Assembly: GCA_951812775.1 (NCBI GenBank)
Contig: OX638326.1
Span: 320,335-384,334 of the forward strand
DNA from: an uncultured Alphaproteobacteria bacterium
Lineage (GTDB): Bacteria > Pseudomonadota > Alphaproteobacteria > MPNO01 > UBA2964
Direction: 5' to 3'
Length of the DNA stretch: 64,000 bases
In this document: positions 53,289 to 64,000 of the stretch, one piece after another
How positions within the stretch are numbered: position 1 is the first letter of the stretch
Layout of the letters: each line of letters begins with the position of its first letter
Notes under the pieces: generated by a model
Seen by the model: only the letters and a program-made list of their open reading frames with translations
What the model was told of the DNA's origin: nothing
The model's database searches: none
Made by a program: the position numbers and the translations under genes

Positions 53289-53764
53289 TCCACGAGAACA
53301 ATGGACTTTCGGGCCTGACGTTCCGGTACCGACCAATATTTTTTAAGCAGTTTGGATGTTTCATTGGGGCACAGCTTCCTGAATCCGTGTTTTTCATAAA
53401 ACTCGATTGCCCAGATAGCCGCCGCCCAGGTACCAACCAGAATGGGCATAGTTGTTCTTTTCTGGAGCTCCGAAATAAGGTTTGAGCCGATCCCCCCTCG
53501 CCTCGACCGAGTTCTCACATAAGCGTGTCGGATCAGTAATACATCCTGAATTGGTTGAGCCCCCATGACGCCCGCTATTTCACCTTCCTCATCGAGGCTA
53601 ACGCTAAAGGATACACCAGAATCAATCTCGGCAAGGAGCTCTTCAGCAGACATATAAGGATCCCGCCAACAATCGTCTGGGATCACGCCTTTGTAGGCCA
53701 CCGCCGCATCATTAATAATAGCGAGAAGTTCGCCGAAATTTTCCGGCCAATACTCTTTGATCAT
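53258..53764 (-). CDS. GNAT-family N-acetyltransferase
   Basis: 168 aa. Acetyl-CoA binding RRGGIGSNL motif. Convergent 31-bp overlap with the trpE 3' end. Confidence 0.6.
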   Translation of the reverse strand: MIKEYWPENFGELLAIINDAAVAYKGVIPDDCWRDPYMSAEELLAEIDSGVSFSVSLDEEGEIAGVMGAQPIQDVLLIRHAYVRTRSRRGGIGSNLISELQKRTTMPILVGTWAAAIWAIEFYEKHGFRKLCPNETSKLLKKYWSVPERQARKSIVLVDQSWLPDSPA

Positions 53765-53877
53765 CTCTTAATTCACCCGCCCCCTTACCTGTTACTCTAC
53801 TTCTGCCTTCTTTCACTGCCATTTCAGACCTGTTATAAGATTTTAATCGGCACCAGGTCTCATGTTAAGTATTTGAA

Positions 53878-54465
53878 ATGCTGCTCTTAATAGACAATTA
53901 CGACAGCTTTACCTACAACTTGGTTCACTATCTCGGTGAACTGGGTGCCGAAACCGCTGTATTTCGGAATGATGCCCTCACCGCAGAGGATGCATTGGCG
54001 ATGGACCCGGAAGCCATTGTTTTGTCCCCAGGGCCCTGCGACCCTGACCAAGCTGGAATTTGTGTGGACCTTATAAAAATGGCAAAAGGCAACATTCCTA
54101 CTCTCGGCGTCTGCCTCGGCCATCAATCAATCGCACAAGCTTTCGGTGCTGAAATTGTCAGAGCGGGCAAACCTGTTCATGGAAAACCGAGCAAAATAAA
54201 ACACGATGGAAAAGGACTATTCCATGAGCTACCCAAAGACTTTGAAGCAATTCGGTACCATTCCCTAACCGTAGACCCAAACTCAGTGCCTGACATTCTG
54301 ACCGTCAATGCTAAAACCAATGATGACGTGATAATGGGTATTTCCCATAAGGAGTGGCCAATTTATGGCGTCCAATTTCATCCAGAGAGTATCGATACAG
54401 AGCACGGACATACTATTTTGGGTAATTTTCTTAACCTGTCCCGACAATGGAGGAGCGCGGCATGA
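53878..54465 (+). CDS. trpG: anthranilate synthase component II (glutamine amidotransferase)
   Basis: MLLLIDNYDSFTYNL N-terminus. Catalytic GVCLGHQ. Confidence 0.9.
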   Translation: MLLLIDNYDSFTYNLVHYLGELGAETAVFRNDALTAEDALAMDPEAIVLSPGPCDPDQAGICVDLIKMAKGNIPTLGVCLGHQSIAQAFGAEIVRAGKPVHGKPSKIKHDGKGLFHELPKDFEAIRYHSLTVDPNSVPDILTVNAKTNDDVIMGISHKEWPIYGVQFHPESIDTEHGHTILGNFLNLSRQWRSAA

Positions 54466-55505
54466 ACAACGCCGCTGAAGGGATTAAGCCCCTTCTCAAT
54501 AAAGTCGCCGGTGGTCATGCACTCAGCGAACCCGAAGCAGAAAATGCTTTTGACATCATCATGTCAGGGGACGCAACGCCGGCACAAATCGGTGCTTTCC
54601 TTATGGCCCTGAGGGTTCGAGGGGAATCTGTAGAAGAAATTACAGCTGCTGCCCGTATCATGCGATCCAAGGCACTCATGATATCTGCCCCGGAAAACGC
54701 TATTGATGTCGTTGGTACCGGCGGCGATGCTAGTGGGACACTCAATATTTCCACTGGGTCAGCTATCGTCGTCGCAGGCTGTGGCATTCCCATTGCAAAA
54801 CACGGAAATCGTGCACTGTCTTCGCGCGCAGGTGCCGCAGATGTCCTTGGTGCATTAGGGGTAAATATCGACTGCGACATGCCCCTGATCGAAAAATCAA
54901 TCCGAGAAGCAGGCATTGGCTTCATGATGGCTCCCAGACATCACAGCGCTACCCGCCACGTGGCGGGCCCGCGCGTCGAACTCGCGACCCGCACAATTTT
55001 TAATATACTGGGCCCACTCTCAAACCCCGCGGGCGTCAACCGACTTCTCGTCGGCGTCTTCGCCAAAGAATGGGTGGAGCCAATGGCTGAGGTGCTCGGT
55101 AAACTCGGTGCCGAAAAAGCCTGGGTTATTCATGGGTCCGACGGGATCGATGAGCTGACCACGACAGGACCATCATATGTCTCCGCCTATGAAAACGGCG
55201 AGGTTACAAACTTTGAAGTATCCCCCACTGACGCCGGAATACCACTGTCGAATTCTGAAGACCTAAAAGGGGGAGATGCTCAGGAAAACGCCAAAGCCAT
55301 GATCGCCATGCTGAGCGGTGAGAAAGGGGCCTTCCGGGATATTGTTATCTATACTGCCACCGCCGCGTTGATTGTTGCAGACAAAGCCAGCGATCTGAAA
55401 GAAGGAGCGGCAATCGCCGCAGACGCCATCGACAGCGGCAAAGCACAAAAAGCCTTGGACACGATGGTCACCATCACTAATGAAGGCAATGCTACGGAAG
55501 CTTGA
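54462..55505 (+). CDS. trpD: anthranilate phosphoribosyltransferase
   Basis: GTGGD motif. ATGA overlap with the trpG stop. Confidence 0.9.
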   Translation: MNNAAEGIKPLLNKVAGGHALSEPEAENAFDIIMSGDATPAQIGAFLMALRVRGESVEEITAAARIMRSKALMISAPENAIDVVGTGGDASGTLNISTGSAIVVAGCGIPIAKHGNRALSSRAGAADVLGALGVNIDCDMPLIEKSIREAGIGFMMAPRHHSATRHVAGPRVELATRTIFNILGPLSNPAGVNRLLVGVFAKEWVEPMAEVLGKLGAEKAWVIHGSDGIDELTTTGPSYVSAYENGEVTNFEVSPTDAGIPLSNSEDLKGGDAQENAKAMIAMLSGEKGAFRDIVIYTATAALIVADKASDLKEGAAIAADAIDSGKAQKALDTMVTITNEGNATEA

Positions 55506-56329
55506 TGGACAACGTTTTAGATCGCATCTGCGCCGATAAGCGTAAACACGTAGAAGCCTGCAAGGCGCTACGCTCCGCCGAACAGGTTGAAACAGTTGCC
55601 CGTGGAATGTCCCCGCCTCGAGGTTTTGCCGGCGCGCTTAAAAAGGCATCTCAAAACGGCTACGGTCTGATTTCTGAAATTAAACGCTCGTCTCCAAGCA
55701 AAGGCCTAATTCGATCGGATTTCGACCCGGCTGTTCTAGCGCAAGCATACCAAGCAGGAGGTGCAACCTGTATTTCGGTTCTTACCGATACGCCCTACTT
55801 TGAAGGCACTGATGAACATTTAGTTCTGGCAAGAAATACTGTTGATTTACCAATCCTGCGCAAGGATTTCATGCTTGATCCCTACCAGATACACGAAGCG
55901 CGAGCTTTGGGAGCTGATTGCATTTTGCTCATCATGGCAGCCCTTTCTCAAAACGACGCCAAATCCCTCGAAAAACTTGCAATGTCTCTGGGAATGGATG
56001 TTTTGCTCGAAGTACACAATGAGACCGAGTTAGAGCAAGCATTGTCCCTAAAATCATCACTTATCGGTATCAATAACCGAAATCTTAAAACCCTGAAAAC
56101 TGATATCAACACGACAAAGCAACTCGCCAAACTAGTTCCATCGGATAGGCTTCTCATTTCTGAAAGCGGCCTATACACGTCGGAAAACCTTGCTGAAATG
56201 GCAATTGCGGGCGCAAGATGTTTTCTCATCGGAGAATCTCTTATGCGTCAGGATGACGTCGCTGAAGCTGTTAGGAACCTGCTTTCCCATCCCGTCGCAC
56301 CTGCGGAACAAATGGCAAAATCACAATGA
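55502..56329 (+). CDS. trpC: indole-3-glycerol phosphate synthase
   Basis: IGINNRNL motif. Confidence 0.9.
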   Translation: MMDNVLDRICADKRKHVEACKALRSAEQVETVARGMSPPRGFAGALKKASQNGYGLISEIKRSSPSKGLIRSDFDPAVLAQAYQAGGATCISVLTDTPYFEGTDEHLVLARNTVDLPILRKDFMLDPYQIHEARALGADCILLIMAALSQNDAKSLEKLAMSLGMDVLLEVHNETELEQALSLKSSLIGINNRNLKTLKTDINTTKQLAKLVPSDRLLISESGLYTSENLAEMAIAGARCFLIGESLMRQDDVAEAVRNLLSHPVAPAEQMAKSQ

Positions 56330-56823
56330 CCAAAGAACCTCGCCTTAGCCATATCGATGAAGACGGCAAAGCGGTGATGGTAGACGTTTCGGCCAAGGAA
56401 ACTTCGAGCCGAATTGCTACGGCGAGGGGCACAGTCCTGATGCAACCAAAGACCATGGCCCTTGTTCAAGAAGGCGGCATGAAAAAGGGTGATGTTCTTT
56501 CGGTCGCTCGTCTCGCCGGCATTATGGGGGCGAAGAAAACACCGGAGTTGATACCTCTTTGCCACCCCTTCGCCCTTCAAAAAATTGATATAGAGTTCTC
56601 ACTTGACCCTGATCGCAATGCCATTGATATCGAAGCAACATGCAAGGTATCCGGGCAAACAGGGGTTGAGATGGAGGCGCTTACTGCCGTCTCCGTCGCA
56701 GCTCTAACAATATATGACATGTGCAAGGCCGTTGATCGCACGATGCAGCTAACTGACATCCGGCTTCTCGCGAAATCGGGGGGACAATCTGGGGATTTCC
56801 GAGCGGACGGACACGACCAATGA
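56326..56823 (+). CDS. moaC: cyclic pyranopterin monophosphate synthase MoaC
   Basis: [14 protein letters not shown]-terminus and GVEMEALTA motif. Confidence 0.9.
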   Translation: MTKEPRLSHIDEDGKAVMVDVSAKETSSRIATARGTVLMQPKTMALVQEGGMKKGDVLSVARLAGIMGAKKTPELIPLCHPFALQKIDIEFSLDPDRNAIDIEATCKVSGQTGVEMEALTAVSVAALTIYDMCKAVDRTMQLTDIRLLAKSGGQSGDFRADGHDQ

Positions 56824-58037
56824 TCTCGGTAGAAGAAGCAAAAAATAAAATTAAGGCGGATATGCCCTTAATGCCGCCGGAACAGGTCTCACTTTCCGAA
56901 GCACTCGGCCGTGTCCTGGCAAATGATGTTGTGGCAAGAAGGACCCAACCACCTCATGCTGTATCAGCGATGGATGGTTATGCTGTTCAGTCGAATGACG
57001 TGAAAAATTTACCGGTAACGCTCAAAGTCGTTGGTCATCTTCCTGCAGGCCAGTCCTTCGAGGGCTCAGTAGGCCCCGGTGAAGCCGTCCGAATTTTTAC
57101 CGGCGCAGCAGTACCCGTTGGCGCTGATACGATCATTATTCAAGAAAACACCGAACGAAACGAGGGTCAGGTAACCGTTATTGATGGCGACGCTCCCAAA
57201 GGACGCTTCATCAGACCCGCCGGCCTTGATTTCTCAGAAGGCGACCTGCTTCTTTCAGCAGGCCGTATTTTAACAGCGCGCGACATCGGATTGGCCGCTG
57301 GTATGAATGTTCCCTGGCTTTCAGTCAGAAGAAGACCACGGATTGCCATACTGGCGACAGGTGATGAAATAGTAATGCCCGGTGACCCTATTGGTCCCAA
57401 CCAAATCGTCAGTTCCAACGGCCCCGCGCTCGCGGGCTTTATAACCGCATTAGGCGGCATTCCCGCAGATCTCGGCATCGCCCCAGACTCGGAAGATACG
57501 CTCCGGGTTATGGCCGAAGGTGCCAAGGGCGCAGACATGCTTATCACCTGCGGTGGAGCGTCCGTTGGAGATCATGATCTTGTTCAGAAAGTTCTGGGCA
57601 AAATTGGACTTGAAATTGACTTTTGGCGTATCGCCATGCGCCCGGGAAAACCTTTGATGTTCGGGCACATCGGTGAAACCAGAATGCTGGGCCTCCCCGG
57701 CAATCCTGTTTCGTCCTTGGTTTGTGCCACGATTTTTCTTGGCCCCGCCCTGAATGCAATGTTGGGGAGCACTTCTGAAGACGCTATTTTCGAGACGGCT
57801 AATCTGGCAACGTCACTGCCCGAAAACGATGAACGCGAAGATTATTTGCGCGCTTCTTTGCAAAGAAATGAGAATGGTGTCCCCGTTGTCTCGCCCTTCA
57901 ACAAACAAGACAGCTCGGTCTTTTCCGGCCTGGCACGCGCCGACGCATTAATCATTAGAGAACCATTTGCCCCGGCAATCAATGAAGGCCAGCAAGTCCG
58001 AATTATGAAGTTAGGCGGCAGCGTCTTAAGCATCTGA
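56820..58037 (+). CDS. moeA: molybdopterin molybdotransferase MoeA
   Basis: MoeA domains. GGASVGD motif. Confidence 0.9.
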   Translation: MISVEEAKNKIKADMPLMPPEQVSLSEALGRVLANDVVARRTQPPHAVSAMDGYAVQSNDVKNLPVTLKVVGHLPAGQSFEGSVGPGEAVRIFTGAAVPVGADTIIIQENTERNEGQVTVIDGDAPKGRFIRPAGLDFSEGDLLLSAGRILTARDIGLAAGMNVPWLSVRRRPRIAILATGDEIVMPGDPIGPNQIVSSNGPALAGFITALGGIPADLGIAPDSEDTLRVMAEGAKGADMLITCGGASVGDHDLVQKVLGKIGLEIDFWRIAMRPGKPLMFGHIGETRMLGLPGNPVSSLVCATIFLGPALNAMLGSTSEDAIFETANLATSLPENDEREDYLRASLQRNENGVPVVSPFNKQDSSVFSGLARADALIIREPFAPAINEGQQVRIMKLGGSVLSI

Positions 58038-58075
58038 TTCGAAAATGGTCCAGTTACCAGCTTGACCGAAAAATA

Positions 58076-58090
58076 GAACTAAACTAGAAC
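58076..58090 (+). promoter_or_regulatory. alphaproteobacterial SOS box GAAC-N7-GAAC (GAACTAAACTAGAAC) upstream of lexA
   Basis: An exact GAAC-N7-GAAC direct repeat sits 64 bp upstream of the lexA start. Confidence 0.7.
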
Positions 58091-58153
58091 ATCAACAATG
58101 TTTTTGTTTTGTTCTCAGCTTAGTCGCTGAGACTTTTATTGCCGGGGCCCGAA

Positions 58154-58843
58154 ATGTTGACCAAAAAGCAGTATGATTTACTTCAATTTATTGACAATCA
58201 TTTGAAGTCACGTGGTGTTTCGCCATCCTTTGATGAAATGAAGGACGCATTAGGCCTCAAATCAAAATCTGGCATACATCGGCTTATTACGGGTCTGGAG
58301 GAACGTGGATTTATTCGTCGCTTGCCCCATCGTGCCAGGGCTCTTGAAGTCATCCAATTACCAGAGAACTTGAAACAGCCTGAAAGAGTCAGTTCGGGCT
58401 TTACCCCAAATGTGATTGAAGGTGGTTTTAAAGAAGAACCGGCAGATCAATCCGGGGATAGCGTCATCCAAGTCCCTCTGTATGGGCGTATCGCAGCGGG
58501 CTTGCCAATTGAAGCAATACGAGACGATACCGCCACCACAGATGTTCCTGCAGGTATGTTGGGCCGAGGTGATCATTATGCTCTGGAAGTCCAGGGCGAT
58601 TCCATGATCGATGCCAGCATACATGATGGTGACATTGCCATTATTGAACGGCGCGACAATGCTGACAATGGAACTATTGTCGTTGCGCTTGTTGATGAGA
58701 ACGAAGTCACATTAAAACGACTGCGGCGAAAGGGTCAGTCAATAGCCCTCGAACCAGCCAATGAACAACATGAAACCCGAATTTTTAGCCCTGACAGAGT
58801 AAAAGTACAAGGGCGTCTCAAGGCCATATTACGTCAATATTAG
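58154..58843 (+). CDS. lexA: LexA repressor
   Basis: [13 protein letters not shown] winged HTH. Ser-Lys dyad region. ORF track starts it at 58139. Confidence 0.9.
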   Translation: MLTKKQYDLLQFIDNHLKSRGVSPSFDEMKDALGLKSKSGIHRLITGLEERGFIRRLPHRARALEVIQLPENLKQPERVSSGFTPNVIEGGFKEEPADQSGDSVIQVPLYGRIAAGLPIEAIRDDTATTDVPAGMLGRGDHYALEVQGDSMIDASIHDGDIAIIERRDNADNGTIVVALVDENEVTLKRLRRKGQSIALEPANEQHETRIFSPDRVKVQGRLKAILRQY

Positions 58844-60996
58844 GGACGAGACTTTCTGTTACTCTTATACTCGCGTGGAAAACGTGACCAAGGACGTAGC
58901 TTACCGCTCCCGCCATTTGAATTTATAATTACCCTATCAGGGTAAAGATAGACAACGTGGTTTCCATTGCGCCACAAGTCGAAACGATCAATTACGTTGT
59001 CAGCAGTGCTGCAGTTTCTGCGGGCGATTGGTATCGTTGAAACGACGACATCCGCTTTCAGACAATCCTCAGAAATGGCAGCTGGATGCCAAAGAAGCGC
59101 CCCTGAATTCCCATTCTTTCGAAATACGCAGCCAAGACTGTCGCAACGGATATTACCCTGCCCACTTATGTTGCGATAGCGTATTGGTTCCTGAAATTTG
59201 TTGCCAGTTCGTCGCAACCAGGTATCCCCGACGATTCCTCTTCGCCCTTTCACGAAGACCAGTTCTCCGTTCGCTTGCCTGATCGCAATCTGATTTCCTG
59301 TCGATGAGATATACATGTCCGGAATTGGTAAGCCCGGCATAAGAAACATTGCGATCACAATCGGTATCAACCCTAAATACCTCACCGATTGTTGCCAAAG
59401 ACAGAGCCACAACCCGCCAAATGTTATCGCAACAAGAAGCCAACCGTTCATTGCCGATTGGGTATAGATTGCATCAGGAATATTCTGAACGAATTGGGCG
59501 ACGCCCACGACTCCTTCAATTCCGATACCCATCGCCATTAGCGGATAACTCTCCAATCCAAAGGGCATGGATACAACTGACAGGATTGCAAAAGGCATAA
59601 TCCAGAAACCAGTTATTGGAACGGCAAGAATATTAGCCAGAATGCTGTAAAGCGCGACTTGGTTGAAATGAAACAACGCAAACGGTGCCGTTGCCAAACC
59701 CGCGACAACTGTCGTGATCAGAACTCCCGCAAAATAAAGTGAAATTCGCCCTAATGTTGTACGAGCCCCGTTGCGCGCACCGAATGTTCCAGAAATGCCC
59801 TCATAAACAGCAACCAACGCGATGACGGCGGCAAACGACATTTGAAAACTAACATTGAAAAGGCTTTCCGGTGCAATGAACAATATGACACACCCCGCCC
59901 AGGCAACCAGGTGCATTGAGATCGCACGCCGATCTAGGATGACAGCGGCAAGAACGAGGCCGAGCATTAAAAAGGCCCGCTGTGTCGGCAGTGTCATTCC
60001 AGAAATTAGTAAGTAAAAAAAGCTGCCAATTAGTGCGATTACAGCCGCCCACTTCTTTATTGGATATTTGAGCGCCAAGAACTCTATTGAGGCCAATCCA
60101 AAACGAACAACCAAAAACAGAATTCCTGCTACCAGGCCGATATGCAGTCCCGAAATAGCCAGCAAATGGGCCAACCCTGACTCCCTCATTGCAGACAATA
60201 TATTTTCGGGAATATTTCCCCGTTCTCCCGTAATCAGAGCTGCTGAAATACTTCCGTTGACACCCGGAAGACTTAACAAAATCCGTTCTGTCAACATTTG
60301 ACGGATGCTGACGACATAGGTTCTTAGGTCGCTTTCCGCTCGACGTTCGAGGATTTCAGGATTGCTTACCGCATAACCGACACCACCGATCTGCTTGAAA
60401 TAAGCCTGTCGAGCAAAATTAAAGGCGCCTGGCATCGCTGGTCCCGCCGGAGGATATAGAACAGCCCGAACACGTATCTTGTCACCAGCTTTTACCAACG
60501 TACGACCGCTTTTGACGGTTATACGAACAGATGCAGGACTGCCCCAATTGGACAAACGATCAATGCTCAGATTTGAAAGCGTAACCCTGTAATGGCCCGC
60601 TTTAGGTTCCCACCGCAGGACAGTACCAACGACCCAGACGGGCCCAACTTTTTTTTCGATTACTGGTGCATGAACGGAAAGAGTACGAACTTGGGCGGCC
60701 GAAAACCCAACAATTGGTATAAAAAACAACAGCAGAATAAGGCGCCCCAACCTTTTTCTCGTAACCAATAACCAACAGCTACCGAGGATTATTAGCAACG
60801 ACGGCGCCAACCATATGGATGGTTCATGATCCCATTGGAAATAAACCGCAATACCACAAGCCATGAGTACCGGGCACCAAAGGACCCAGCGCAACCGTTC
60901 TTTGACTAACCAAGCCAAGAATTTCGCGCTGACACTGCACTCGGGTGAGGTCGTGTCACCTACCAGGTCTTTAGGGGCGTTACTGTTTGTGGCCAT
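58840..60996 (-). CDS. comEC: ComEC/Rec2-family DNA internalisation membrane protein (ORF open to 61221; start placed at MATNSN to avoid overlap with gltX)
   Basis: Polytopic competence-domain region. C-terminal beta-lactamase-like part is absent or short. Confidence 0.7.
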   Translation of the reverse strand: MATNSNAPKDLVGDTTSPECSVSAKFLAWLVKERLRWVLWCPVLMACGIAVYFQWDHEPSIWLAPSLLIILGSCWLLVTRKRLGRLILLLFFIPIVGFSAAQVRTLSVHAPVIEKKVGPVWVVGTVLRWEPKAGHYRVTLSNLSIDRLSNWGSPASVRITVKSGRTLVKAGDKIRVRAVLYPPAGPAMPGAFNFARQAYFKQIGGVGYAVSNPEILERRAESDLRTYVVSIRQMLTERILLSLPGVNGSISAALITGERGNIPENILSAMRESGLAHLLAISGLHIGLVAGILFLVVRFGLASIEFLALKYPIKKWAAVIALIGSFFYLLISGMTLPTQRAFLMLGLVLAAVILDRRAISMHLVAWAGCVILFIAPESLFNVSFQMSFAAVIALVAVYEGISGTFGARNGARTTLGRISLYFAGVLITTVVAGLATAPFALFHFNQVALYSILANILAVPITGFWIMPFAILSVVSMPFGLESYPLMAMGIGIEGVVGVAQFVQNIPDAIYTQSAMNGWLLVAITFGGLWLCLWQQSVRYLGLIPIVIAMFLMPGLPIPDMYISSTGNQIAIRQANGELVFVKGRRGIVGDTWLRRTGNKFQEPIRYRNISGQGNIRCDSLGCVFRKNGNSGALLWHPAAISEDCLKADVVVSTIPIARRNCSTADNVIDRFDLWRNGNHVVYLYPDRVIINSNGGSGKLRPWSRFPREYKSNRKSRP

Positions 60997-61156
60997 GACT
61001 GCTGTTAAAATAGTTACACTGAGGCCAAATGATATTATGAGTTTCTGCTTTCTTCTACTTTCAGTTGCTGAATTACTCTGGACCCCCGACAAGTAATGCA
61101 CGGTCTGCGTAGATGTGTTATCCCCCCAATGTCTCCGACCGAAAGTAAGTTGCACT

Positions 61157-62560
61157 ATGAACGTCGTAACAAGATTTGCCCCCTCTCCCACAGGTTTTCT
61201 CCATATTGGAGGAGCACGCACCGCCCTGTTTAACTGGCTATTTGCCCGTCATTATGGCGGAAAATTCTTACTGCGTATCGAAGACACAGACCGCAAACGG
61301 TCTACAGAGGAGGCCATTGATGCAATATTGAATGGATTGAGCTGGCTAGAACTCGATGCCGACGAACAGCCAGTATTTCAGTCGGCAAATATTAAACGAC
61401 ATACTGAAATCGCGAACGAACTTTTAGAAACAGGTAATGCGTACCATTGTTATTGTTCACCGGAGGAACTGGCAGAAATGCGCGAAAAAGCTCGTGCCTC
61501 AGGTAGTGCGCGACTTTATGACGGTACCTGGCGAGACAAGAATCTTAATGATGCCCCCTCTGACATCCAGCCGGTAGTGCGATTTAAGGCCCCCTTGGAA
61601 GGCGAAACCGTCATTCAGGATCTCGTACAAGGCACCGTTACGGTGTCAAATACCGAACTCGATGACATGATATTGCTGCGGGCGGATGGATCACCGATCT
61701 ACATGCTCTCGGTAGTCGTTGATGATCACGATATGGGTATCACCCACGCCATCCGAGGCGATGACCACCTGACCAACGCCTTTAGGCAAACTCAGCTCTT
61801 CCATGCAATTGGATGGGCACCACCGGAATATGCCCACATTCCTCTAATACATGGCCCGGACGGTGCAAAACTGTCGAAAAGACATGGCGCTCTTGGTATC
61901 GAGGCCTATCGTGACATGGGATATTTACCGGAAGCCCTACTAAATTATCTCATGCGGCTTGGTTGGAGCCACGGTGACGATGAAATCATCTCATTGAAAG
62001 ACGCCATTAACTGGTTCGAAATTCAAGATGTCGGGCGCGGCGCAGCACGCATCGATTTTGACAAACTTTCGTCAGTTAACGCCCATTACATTCGCGAGGC
62101 GACTGATCTAGCACTTGCTACATTAATCCAAGACGCAGTTGCGGAGAAAACTCAAAGAACCTTCGATCCATCCATGTCAGAGCGTCTAGTCCAAGCCGTC
62201 GCGGGATTAAAACCCCGTGCGAAGACAATTACTGAACTAATTGAAAATTCTTTATTTTATTTTTACCCCCGGCCGATAAAAATCAATTCGAAAGCTGAAA
62301 AATCATTGGATAGCGAAGCACGTGAGCGTCTTGAGCGACTAGCAAAGGTCCTCGCAGAACTCTCACAATGGTCAGAAGAAGCAGTGAATGTTGCTATACA
62401 CGAGTTTGCAGAGAGCGAAGGCATTAAATTGGGTAAAATTGCGCAGCCATTGCGTGCCGCCCTCACGGGCACGACGGTCTCACCTGGTATCTTTGAAGTT
62501 GCAGCAGTTCTGGGACAGGACGAAACCATCGGACGTCTCAAGGATGTGACAAGCAATTAA
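61157..62560 (+). CDS. gltX: glutamate--tRNA ligase
   Basis: MNVVTRFAPSPTGFLHIGGART (HIGH) and KLSKRHG (KMSKS) motifs. Confidence 0.9.
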   Translation: MNVVTRFAPSPTGFLHIGGARTALFNWLFARHYGGKFLLRIEDTDRKRSTEEAIDAILNGLSWLELDADEQPVFQSANIKRHTEIANELLETGNAYHCYCSPEELAEMREKARASGSARLYDGTWRDKNLNDAPSDIQPVVRFKAPLEGETVIQDLVQGTVTVSNTELDDMILLRADGSPIYMLSVVVDDHDMGITHAIRGDDHLTNAFRQTQLFHAIGWAPPEYAHIPLIHGPDGAKLSKRHGALGIEAYRDMGYLPEALLNYLMRLGWSHGDDEIISLKDAINWFEIQDVGRGAARIDFDKLSSVNAHYIREATDLALATLIQDAVAEKTQRTFDPSMSERLVQAVAGLKPRAKTITELIENSLFYFYPRPIKINSKAEKSLDSEARERLERLAKVLAELSQWSEEAVNVAIHEFAESEGIKLGKIAQPLRAALTGTTVSPGIFEVAAVLGQDETIGRLKDVTSN

Positions 62561-62679
62561 ACCCGAATGATTGAATTAACTGAATTAATCCGCTATTTTC
62601 CCGGCACCTCCAATCTTAACCATATTGCGCTACTGCACAGAAGCCGGGGCTTCCGCAAGCGCTACGAAGGGTAAACCGT

Positions 62680-64000
62680 ATGAGCCAGAAATCCTCCGCT
62701 GCGGGAACGGCATCAAACAGCAACGTCACCGTCACTGACAATGTTTCGGGCAAAGAGTCTACATTTCCTATTCTGACGGGGACAGAGGGCCCGCCAGTCA
62801 TCGATATACGTCGCCTTTACGCGGAAACTGGTTATTTTACTTACGACCCGGGATTTGTCGCGACTGGCAGCTGTGAGTCAAAAATAACCTATATCGACGG
62901 CGATAACGGAATCTTGCTTCATCGTGGTTATCCGATCGAGCAACTTGCAGAAAAAAGTGACTTCCTCGAAGTGTGCTATTTACTTCTTTATGGGGAGCTT
63001 CCGAACCTGGAGCAAAAAACTGAATTTGACCGTGCAATTACTTTGCACACGATGTTGCATGAGCAATTGACCAATTTTTATCGGGGATTCCGCCGAGATG
63101 CTCATCCTATGGCGATTATGTGTGGGGTCGTTGGTGCATTATCGGCTTTCTATCACGATAGCACCGATATTTCTGATCCCCATCAACGCATGGTAGCGTC
63201 CTATCGAATGGTCGCGAAAATGCCAACAATCGCCGGTTGGGCCTACAAATACTCTCTCGGCCAACCTTTCATCTATCCACGAAACGATCTTGGATTTGCT
63301 GAGAACTTCCTTCACATGATGTTTGCTACACCATGCGAAGATTATGAAATTAACCCGATCATCGCAAAAGCTATGGATCGCATTTTAATATTGCATGCTG
63401 ACCATGAGCAAAATGCCTCGACCTCTACCGTACGCTTGACGGGCTCAAGTGGCGCAAACCCATTCGCATGCATTTCCGCTGGGATTGCCAGCCTTTGGGG
63501 GCCTGCCCATGGTGGTGCCAACGAAGCAGTTTTGAATATGCTTGGAGAGATTGGCAGCAAAGATAATATTCATAGCTATATCAAAAAAGCGAAAGATCCC
63601 GACGACCCATTCCGGATCATGGGATTTGGACACCGTGTTTACAAGAACTTTGACCCGCGCGCTAAAATCACGCAGGAAACATGCCATTCAGTTCTAGATG
63701 AACTCGACATCCGTGATGAGCCCCTCCTGGACCTCGCTATGGAACTGGAACGAATTGCTCTGGAAGATGAGTATTTTGTCGACCGTAAACTCTATCCAAA
63801 TGTCGATTTCTACTCAGGCATTATTTTCCAGGCTCTCGGCATTCCTACCACGATGTTTACAGTGTTATTTGCTGTGGCCCGTACGGTTGGGTGGATCGCG
63901 CAATGGAACGAAATGATTGAAGATCCAAGCCAGAAAATTGGCCGCCCAAGGCAGCTCTATACCGGTGCTGATCGGCGAGACCATATGCCCGTTTCTGAGC
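62680..64000 (+). CDS. gltA: citrate synthase (3' end runs off the window edge)
   Basis: ATG at 62680, open to the window end. Encodes ...[39 protein letters not shown] and the GFGHRVYK motif. Confidence 0.9.
   Translation, partial: MSQKSSAAGTASNSNVTVTDNVSGKESTFPILTGTEGPPVIDIRRLYAETGYFTYDPGFVATGSCESKITYIDGDNGILLHRGYPIEQLAEKSDFLEVCYLLLYGELPNLEQKTEFDRAITLHTMLHEQLTNFYRGFRRDAHPMAIMCGVVGALSAFYHDSTDISDPHQRMVASYRMVAKMPTIAGWAYKYSLGQPFIYPRNDLGFAENFLHMMFATPCEDYEINPIIAKAMDRILILHADHEQNASTSTVRLTGSSGANPFACISAGIASLWGPAHGGANEAVLNMLGEIGSKDNIHSYIKKAKDPDDPFRIMGFGHRVYKNFDPRAKITQETCHSVLDELDIRDEPLLDLAMELERIALEDEYFVDRKLYPNVDFYSGIIFQALGIPTTMFTVLFAVARTVGWIAQWNEMIEDPSQKIGRPRQLYTGADRRDHMPVSE

Overview
The window looks like an alphaproteobacterial chromosome segment of about 45-50% GC with conserved housekeeping gene order. 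From left to right it carries an ABC exporter, a DUF218 pseudogene, cell-wall enzymes (mltB-like, rlpA, a PBP5/6 carboxypeptidase), tmk-holB-metG and a TctC-family binding protein. A GC-rich insertion of about 7.6 kb follows, then tatD, an MBL-fold pseudogene, mazG, hflX-hfq, trkA, the ntrX-ntrY-ntrC-ntrB-dusB cluster, ispDF-pgpA, lipA, the pdhA-pdhB-pdhC-lpdA cluster, ftsB-eno-kdsA-pyrG-secG-tpiA, ppiD, trpE/G/D/C, moaC-moeA, lexA with an SOS box, comEC, gltX and the start of gltA. The standout region is the insertion at 10453-18074, which sits in the conserved metG-tatD junction and ends 3 bp before the tatD start codon. It is bounded by Tn3-family remnants: a decayed tnpA fragment and a 20-bp partial IR on the left, and a 5'-truncated tnpA plus an intact 38-bp IR on the right. 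It carries a compact type II-C CRISPR-Cas module (cas9, cas1, cas2 on the minus strand). A candidate tracrRNA lies divergently upstream of cas9, and a degenerate CRISPR repeat immediately precedes it and supplies a -10 box. The CRISPR 'array' is a single 36-nt repeat with no spacers. cas9 itself is frameshifted just before its PAM-interacting C-terminus. The module also has a 58-bp perfect palindrome and a small excisionase-like HTH gene. Three host genes in the window also carry frame-disrupting lesions: the DUF218 gene has a 13-bp tandem duplication plus a T7-run frameshift, the MBL-fold gene has two frameshifts plus an internal deletion of about 90 bp, and cas9 has one frameshift. Some of these may be sequencing errors, but the duplication and deletion are unlikely to be.
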